From: Actinobacteria bacterium UBA7524
Lineage (GTDB): Bacteria; Actinomycetota; Coriobacteriia; Anaerosomatales; UBA912
Direction: 5' to 3'
Assembly (NCBI GenBank): GCA_002478275.1
Contig: DLMY01000053.1
Coordinates: 90,347 to 125,450, forward strand
DNA length: 35,104 bases
Shown: one piece after another, positions 29,551 through 35,104 of the stretch
Numbering within the stretch: the stretch's first letter is position 1
Layout of the letters: each line of letters starts with the position of its first letter
Translations under genes and position numbers: made by a program
The notes under the pieces: model-generated
Database searches by the model: none
What the model was told of the DNA's origin: nothing
Seen by the model: only the letters and a program-made list of their open reading frames with translations

Positions 29551-32500
29551 AGAGCCCGTGGTAGTGCTGGCGGCCCCTGGAGGTTTCGGCAAGAGCGTGC
29601 TTGCTGCCCAGCTCGCCAAGCGTCATGGAGGCGATGCCGTTTGGGTAGATTGCTCAAGTCTGGAGTGCAGCAGGGAGCAGCTATTTGAAGTGGTGCGCAG
29701 TGCGATCGAGGGCTCGGTTCGAACACCGCGCGAGCGCTACGCCCTGTCGCCCATGCCCGACGTGCTCGATTTGCAGGTGGAACTCCAAGAGGCTATCGTC
29801 GGCATGGCGGGATCCGTCGTCGTGCTCGATGACGTGCAGGCTGGTGCGGAGCTCGGCGCGATTTGCGACATTGCCGGCATGCTGACGAGAGCGCATGAGC
29901 CTTCCAGGCTGGTTGTGACCACGCGTTGGGAATCGGCTGAGGTCGCGCAAGGGCTTGTCGGTGCCCTCGTGTTGTCGGCCGAGATACTTCGGCTTGACGA
30001 CGATGAGTCTACCGAAGTGATTGGACTGTATAGCTCAGGCGCAGAGCTTGATCCATTGGTCACGCATATCGCAAGGGCCGCTAGTGGACGCGTCGCGACA
30101 ATATGCGTGCTTGCACGCCAGGCTGCGCTAGGCTCCTTGACTGACTCGCTCGAGGGCATGCCCTCGATTGACCTTACTGCGCACCTACGTGAGCTACTCG
30201 ACGCTCAGCTCGATGATCGGGCACAACACTGTCTCTATGCCTGTGCTCTTCTCAGGACGGGCGGGATTGTGGAACTCGAACGCGTGGTGGGCCGCCCTGT
30301 CTTGCACGAGCTTGAGGTCATCGGTCATCTTATGCCGCTCGTTGACGTTGAGCGAGAGGCTGGGTTGCTTCGCTTTCGCGTACACGATATCGCCGCTGAG
30401 GTTTATGAAGAGGAGTGCTTTCGAAGGCTGGGCGAGAGCGGTCCGGACAGGCTTTCGGGGCTGCTTTCCGCAACACTTGATAGCCTGGCGGCGTCCTCTC
30501 GTCTGGAAGCGCTGTTCTTGCTGGCGCTTCGTCGCGCAGGCACGGATGTCGTTGTCTCATGGGCACTTCAGGAGGGGCACAGACTGCTCGAATCCGGTGC
30601 CCTTGGGTTGCTCTCGGATGTGTTCGTCAGGCTTGGAGGCGCGGAGGTCGTGCGCTATCCGAGGCTGCTGATGCTTCAGGCGGGCTTGTTACGCGAGCAG
30701 TCGCTCTATGATGAAGCTCTGCACAAGACCAGGGTTGCCCGTGACCTGGCAAGAAGTGAGGGAGATGTCGCAACAGAAGTGCAGGCCCTGATGGTGGAAG
30801 CTCGACTCCAGCTTGATATGGGCCTTCCTGCTGGTGCTTCGGACTGCCTTGAACGTGCAATACTCAGCGACGGTTTAGACATCGAGTCACGTACGATGGC
30901 ACATGGGTATCTAGGACTCTGCCTTGCCCTGAACCTGGATCGAGAGGGTGCGGAGTATCACTTTGATAAGGCGGAGGAGCTGCTATCTGCGCACAGCCTC
31001 GGTGCAGCAATCAAGTACAGGGTGCGCAATTCGATGGGTTTTGCCACCGCCGTGGTCTACGGGCGGTGGGATCAAGTACTAAGGCAGTCAGTCGCACTGT
31101 CAGATGCCACTGGTGTGGACTTCAGTCTGCGCATGCAGGCACTCGGGAATCTGGGATGCCTGCACAAGGCGCTTGGTCATACTGAGCGAGCGTTCAGCAT
31201 CCTCGGTGAGACCATTGAGCTATGCGAGAGGTACGGAATCACCATCATGCTCAGGTGTTTCTTGGGTGACTTAGCGGCATGTCATGCTTCGGTAGGAGAC
31301 TACACCGCCGCGGATCAGCGGTTCCTTGAGTCCGTTGGTCCTCCGGGCTCCGTGGCTCTAAGCGAGTTCACTTATCACTGCGCCTGTAGATCCGCTTGGA
31401 CACGCGCAAGCGGTCGTCCGGCAGAGGCCCTCAGTCTGGCAGAAGAGACACTGGAGGACTGCAGCCGGTACGGAGCCCCCGAGCAGTTCTCGTGGCACGC
31501 CACCCTTGAGCTCGCTGCGAACCTCCTCGCGTACGGGGACATCAATGCGGCGGTGCGCCTAACCTCAATGATCCGTGAAACGACCGTCGCAGCCGAGGCT
31601 CTGTTACATACACTACTTGCCGACTGCATCCTCGCCGAGGCCGACCGCAAAGCAGGTGACGTTGACCGGGCCGCTGAACGCATCGCTCCTCATGCCGACT
31701 ACATCCTCACCGACAGCGCCAACTGGTGGCTCGGTATGTACATCCGCGCTTTCCCGCACCTGCTGGGCTTCGTGGCCACCGCGTGCGATCCCGATGAGCT
31801 TTCCGTCTACACCCTCGGCATGGTGCTTCCGCAAGACGCCGAGCGCACCCTCGCAGCTGCACGTGAGGTGATGGAGCCCCAGACCTGGCGAAGGCTCGCC
31901 GCACGCCTGGTCGATGCCGAGACCATCTCTCGCATCCAGCGCCCACAGCGCCATGGCGACGTCACGCCGTGCCAGGTGCGCATGTTCGGCGGACTTGAGG
32001 TCACGATCGTTTCGCGTACCGTGCGCGAGAAGGAGTGGGGCAAGCGTAAGGCGCGGCTGCTTTTCGCGATGCTCATCTTGCAGCAGGGCAAAGACGTGCC
32101 ACGCGACCAGGTCTACGAGTACTTGTGGCCCGAGATGGATGCGGTGCGGGCGCGCAACAACCTCTACGTGATCTGGAGCGCGATGAAGATCGCTATCACC
32201 GGACAGGCGCAGCGTGGCACGGAACTGCCGTATGTCGAGAACGTTGGCGGGGTCTGCCGGGCGGTCATGGAGCACATCGACGCAGATATCGTCCAGTTCG
32301 ACAGATGCCTGACAGACGCTGCCAGGGCCACATCCTCAGGCGACATCGACGAGGCGCTTGCGGCCTACGAAACGCTCACAACGCTCTATCGTGGCGAGCT
32401 TCTGCCGGGGGATGTCTACGACGACTGGTTCTCCTCGGCAAGGGACAGGTATCGGGTGGAGTTCGGCGAGGCGATGCTCCGGGCGGTCGGGTTGTGCGAG

Positions 32501-32761
32501 GAGAGAGGCGATGCTGCGCGTGCGCTGCATTTTGCGCGCAAGGGGCTGGGCGCAGATGCGTGGCGCGAGGATCTCTACCAGGCGACGATGCGGAACCTGA
32601 TCGCCGGTGGGCAGCGCGGTGCGGCCATCGAGACGTACCTGGCGTGCCGCAGCCGGCTGAGTGAGGACCTGGGTCTGGACCCTTCCTCGGAGACGACCGA
32701 GCTCTATCAGCAGGTGTTGGCGATGGAGGAAGGCGAGCCCTCGGGCGACCTGCCCTGCTGA
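29474..32761 (+). CDS. Large STAND-type regulator: MalT-like NTPase, TPR sensor, C-terminal winged-HTH and BTAD (SARP-type)
   Basis: APGGFGKS (Walker A), VVVLDDV (Walker B), VVTTR, FRVHD; VRMFGGLEV..LWP..ARNNL; LYRGELL..DDW..REDLY..LGLDPS; start taken from homology with the paralog (track start 29438). Confidence 0.9.
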   Translation: MRGAGIPGFGATVERRRLLDVIVRAPEPVVVLAAPGGFGKSVLAAQLAKRHGGDAVWVDCSSLECSREQLFEVVRSAIEGSVRTPRERYALSPMPDVLDLQVELQEAIVGMAGSVVVLDDVQAGAELGAICDIAGMLTRAHEPSRLVVTTRWESAEVAQGLVGALVLSAEILRLDDDESTEVIGLYSSGAELDPLVTHIARAASGRVATICVLARQAALGSLTDSLEGMPSIDLTAHLRELLDAQLDDRAQHCLYACALLRTGGIVELERVVGRPVLHELEVIGHLMPLVDVEREAGLLRFRVHDIAAEVYEEECFRRLGESGPDRLSGLLSATLDSLAASSRLEALFLLALRRAGTDVVVSWALQEGHRLLESGALGLLSDVFVRLGGAEVVRYPRLLMLQAGLLREQSLYDEALHKTRVARDLARSEGDVATEVQALMVEARLQLDMGLPAGASDCLERAILSDGLDIESRTMAHGYLGLCLALNLDREGAEYHFDKAEELLSAHSLGAAIKYRVRNSMGFATAVVYGRWDQVLRQSVALSDATGVDFSLRMQALGNLGCLHKALGHTERAFSILGETIELCERYGITIMLRCFLGDLAACHASVGDYTAADQRFLESVGPPGSVALSEFTYHCACRSAWTRASGRPAEALSLAEETLEDCSRYGAPEQFSWHATLELAANLLAYGDINAAVRLTSMIRETTVAAEALLHTLLADCILAEADRKAGDVDRAAERIAPHADYILTDSANWWLGMYIRAFPHLLGFVATACDPDELSVYTLGMVLPQDAERTLAAAREVMEPQTWRRLAARLVDAETISRIQRPQRHGDVTPCQVRMFGGLEVTIVSRTVREKEWGKRKARLLFAMLILQQGKDVPRDQVYEYLWPEMDAVRARNNLYVIWSAMKIAITGQAQRGTELPYVENVGGVCRAVMEHIDADIVQFDRCLTDAARATSSGDIDEALAAYETLTTLYRGELLPGDVYDDWFSSARDRYRVEFGEAMLRAVGLCEERGDAARALHFARKGLGADAWREDLYQATMRNLIAGGQRGAAIETYLACRSRLSEDLGLDPSSETTELYQQVLAMEEGEPSGDLPC

Positions 32762-32829
32762 GGGGGGTGGGCAGGTAGGCTCGGTGACGATGTACATGTG
32801 TGTGGTGGGCACAGGATGCAGGTGATTAG

Positions 32830-35104
32830 ATGAGGGGTGCGGGGATTCCTGGTTTCGGTGCGACCGTCGAGAGGCGCAGGCTTCTCGACGTGATTGTGCG
32901 TGCACCGGAACCCGTGGTGGTACTCGCCGCCCCGGGTGGTTTCGGAAAGAGTGTGCTTGCTGCTCAAGAGTGTGCTCTCGCCGAGGGGCAGACGGTGTGG
33001 GTCGACTGTTCAAGCCTTGAGTGCGGCCGCGAGCAGCTCTTCGAAGCGGTGTGCGGGGAGGTTGAAGGGCCACGGCGCACACGCAGAGAGCGCTCAGCGC
33101 TTTCGCCCATGCCTGACGTCTTCGACTTGCAGGTTGAGCTGCGCGAGACCCTCGAGACTCAAGAGCACCCCCTGACACTTGTGCTCGATGACGTGTGCGC
33201 AGGAGCCGACCTGTCTGCGATATCGGAGTTGAGTTCGATGCTCGCGCGGCAAGACGCGCGCTCGAGGCTGCTGCTTACCACCCGCTGGGAATCATCCTGG
33301 ATCGCCGAGGAGATACCTGGAGCCCTCGTAGTCTCGGCAGAAGCATTGCGCCTCGATGATGGTGAGTGTGCAAGGCTTGTCAGCATGTATCTTGGCGAGG
33401 GCGCGGACTCTTCACTCGCGGATAGGATCGCGCAGGCCGCATGTGGTCGCGCCGCGACGGTGTGTGTGCTGGCGCGCCAGGCCGCGTTAGGCACGCTTTC
33501 GGTAGACCTCGATGGAAGCCCATCGATAGACCTGACCGCCCATCTGCGTGCTCTGCTCGACGGCCAGCTTGATGAAAGGGCCAGGCGCTGCCTGTATGCT
33601 TGCGCGCTACTGAGGTCTGGCATGCTTGCCGATGTCGAGCGCATCTCAGGAAGGGCCGCAGGAGAGGATCTCGTCCTGATTGGTCATCTCATGCCGCTCG
33701 TTGATGTGTCGGCGAGCGCAGGCTCTTTGTGGTTCCGGGTGCATGACATCGCAGCGGAGGTCTACGAGGAGGAGTGTTTCCGCAGGCTTGGGGGCGATTG
33801 TCCCGAGAGGCTTTCGGAACTGCTGGGCGCGACACTTGAGATGCTCGCAGATGCCGGCCGACATGAGGCGCTGTTCGTGCTGGCGTTGCGCAGAGCCGAC
33901 AAACAAACGCTCGTTGACTGGACGCTTCGTGCCGGGCGTGTCCTCCTTGAGTCAGGCGCTTATGGGTTGCTCGAGGAGGTCTTCGCATCACTTGGGCGCG
34001 CGGGGACGCTTCGCTACCCAGGGCTCCTGCTCCTACATGCTGAGCTTCTCAGGGAGCACCTGCGATACGAAGACGCCTTGAGCAAGGCGACGGTCGCGCG
34101 CGGTCTTGCCAAGAGCGAGGGAGATGCATTCGTTGAGGCTGGTGCACTCATGGTCATGGCGAGACTGCAGATCGATCTCGGGCTCATATCGAAAGCGGCC
34201 GATTCTCTGCAGGATGCGCTCAGTCTTGGGGTGCTTGACGTCGATTCTGAGGCGCTCGCGCATGTCTATATCGCCGCGTGCCTTGAGCAATCACAATGCA
34301 GCCACGAACAAGGGGAAGCGCACCTTCAACACGCGCTTCGCCTGCTGGAAGAGGAGTGCTTGAGCTCTGAGACCACGGCCCGAGCCAGGAACACGCTGGT
34401 TAGCGTGACGGCGAACATACAGGGCCGATTTACGGAGTGTCGAGAGTCGCTGAGTCGTGTTCTTGATCTCAAGGGACTGTCTTTCAGTCTACGCATGCTC
34501 GTGATGGGTAACCTCTGTGTCTGTGAGTGGGAAGCGGGTCACTTCGATCGAGCCAGTCGGATGCTATCGGAACTATTACAGCTGAGTCGCACACAAGGGG
34601 CTGCAACTCTCGAGGTGTTCTTCCTTGGGGTCATCGCCAACTGTCATGCGGGAAAGGGCGAGCACGAGAAGGCCGCTGAACTGCTTGCACGGGCGAAAGA
34701 GGGTTGTGTTTACCAGGAGTCGATCTACGATTTGGCCTTGCTCGCCATCTACCAATCGGTTCAGATGCGTGCGGTACATGACATCCCCACTGCTATGGAG
34801 GCTGCGGAGGAGGCACTTGAGCTGTGCGAGCGGACGGACTTCTGCTGGATGGACTGGTACGCCAGTCTAGAGCTTTCTGCGAACCTCCTCGCGTACGGGG
34901 ACGTGCGTGCCGCGGTGCGTCATGCCTCAAGCCTCCGCGAAGCCACTGCTCCGGCGGAAGCCCTCGCGTACACCCTGCTCGCCGACTGTATTCTTGCCGA
35001 GGCCGACCGCAGAGCAGGTGACATCGAGCGGGCCGCTGAACGCATCGCCCCCCACGCCGACTACATTCTCAGCGATAACCTCAACTGGTGGCTCGGTATG
35101 TACA
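32830..35104 (+). CDS. Second STAND-TPR regulator paralog, open to the window edge (partial)
   Basis: Manual frame-1 translation MRGAGIPGFGATVERRRLL..APGGFGKS..LVLDDV..NWWLGMY has no stop; in-frame TAG immediately precedes the ATG; absent from the ORF track. Confidence 0.92.
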   Translation, partial: MRGAGIPGFGATVERRRLLDVIVRAPEPVVVLAAPGGFGKSVLAAQECALAEGQTVWVDCSSLECGREQLFEAVCGEVEGPRRTRRERSALSPMPDVFDLQVELRETLETQEHPLTLVLDDVCAGADLSAISELSSMLARQDARSRLLLTTRWESSWIAEEIPGALVVSAEALRLDDGECARLVSMYLGEGADSSLADRIAQAACGRAATVCVLARQAALGTLSVDLDGSPSIDLTAHLRALLDGQLDERARRCLYACALLRSGMLADVERISGRAAGEDLVLIGHLMPLVDVSASAGSLWFRVHDIAAEVYEEECFRRLGGDCPERLSELLGATLEMLADAGRHEALFVLALRRADKQTLVDWTLRAGRVLLESGAYGLLEEVFASLGRAGTLRYPGLLLLHAELLREHLRYEDALSKATVARGLAKSEGDAFVEAGALMVMARLQIDLGLISKAADSLQDALSLGVLDVDSEALAHVYIAACLEQSQCSHEQGEAHLQHALRLLEEECLSSETTARARNTLVSVTANIQGRFTECRESLSRVLDLKGLSFSLRMLVMGNLCVCEWEAGHFDRASRMLSELLQLSRTQGAATLEVFFLGVIANCHAGKGEHEKAAELLARAKEGCVYQESIYDLALLAIYQSVQMRAVHDIPTAMEAAEEALELCERTDFCWMDWYASLELSANLLAYGDVRAAVRHASSLREATAPAEALAYTLLADCILAEADRRAGDIERAAERIAPHADYILSDNLNWWLGMY

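Noticed and set aside
32773..32788. Third GGCTCGGTGAC match upstream of the second regulator
   Set aside because: First half-site is AGGTA and there is no -10 at the 28-nt spacing; may be chance
32762..35104. Apparent pseudogene or non-coding tail (no long ORF in the track)
   Set aside because: Frame 1 is open from ATG 32830 to the window end; the track omitted it because no stop is reached

Overview
High-GC bacterial scaffold segment, probably a Coriobacteriia-like actinobacterium (inferred from gene content). All credible genes are on the + strand, and one 132-N gap is really a 19-nt contig overlap inside ahcY. Four blocks: (1) 1-15010, a cell-envelope locus with a WbpA/B/D/E/I-type diacetamido-uronic-acid sugar pathway, DUF354, LCP transferase, two CWB2-anchored surface proteins (one a permuted SpoIID), DUF4330, an O-antigen-ligase-like protein and a GT4. 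(2) 14997-19487, SAM by-product recycling (PNP, ahcY, mtnA) plus an AEC transporter. (3) 19512-25265, comF, a raiA-motif ncRNA, a polar amino acid ABC cassette (circularly permuted binding protein, permease with an FHA-like domain), hpf/raiA and a terminator. (4) 25426-35104, a compositionally distinct signalling block: a LeuA-regulatory-domain-like protein, an unannotated 24-aa signal-peptide-like ORF with competing RNA hairpins over its RBS, an intact plus a degenerate membrane HD-GYP protein, DUF5317 (with signal-peptidase-II-like Asp motifs) and tandem STAND-TPR-wHTH/BTAD regulators. Block 4 is the best candidate for an undescribed peptide-signalling / cyclic-dinucleotide system. Family calls come from motif recognition only; no database searches were run.
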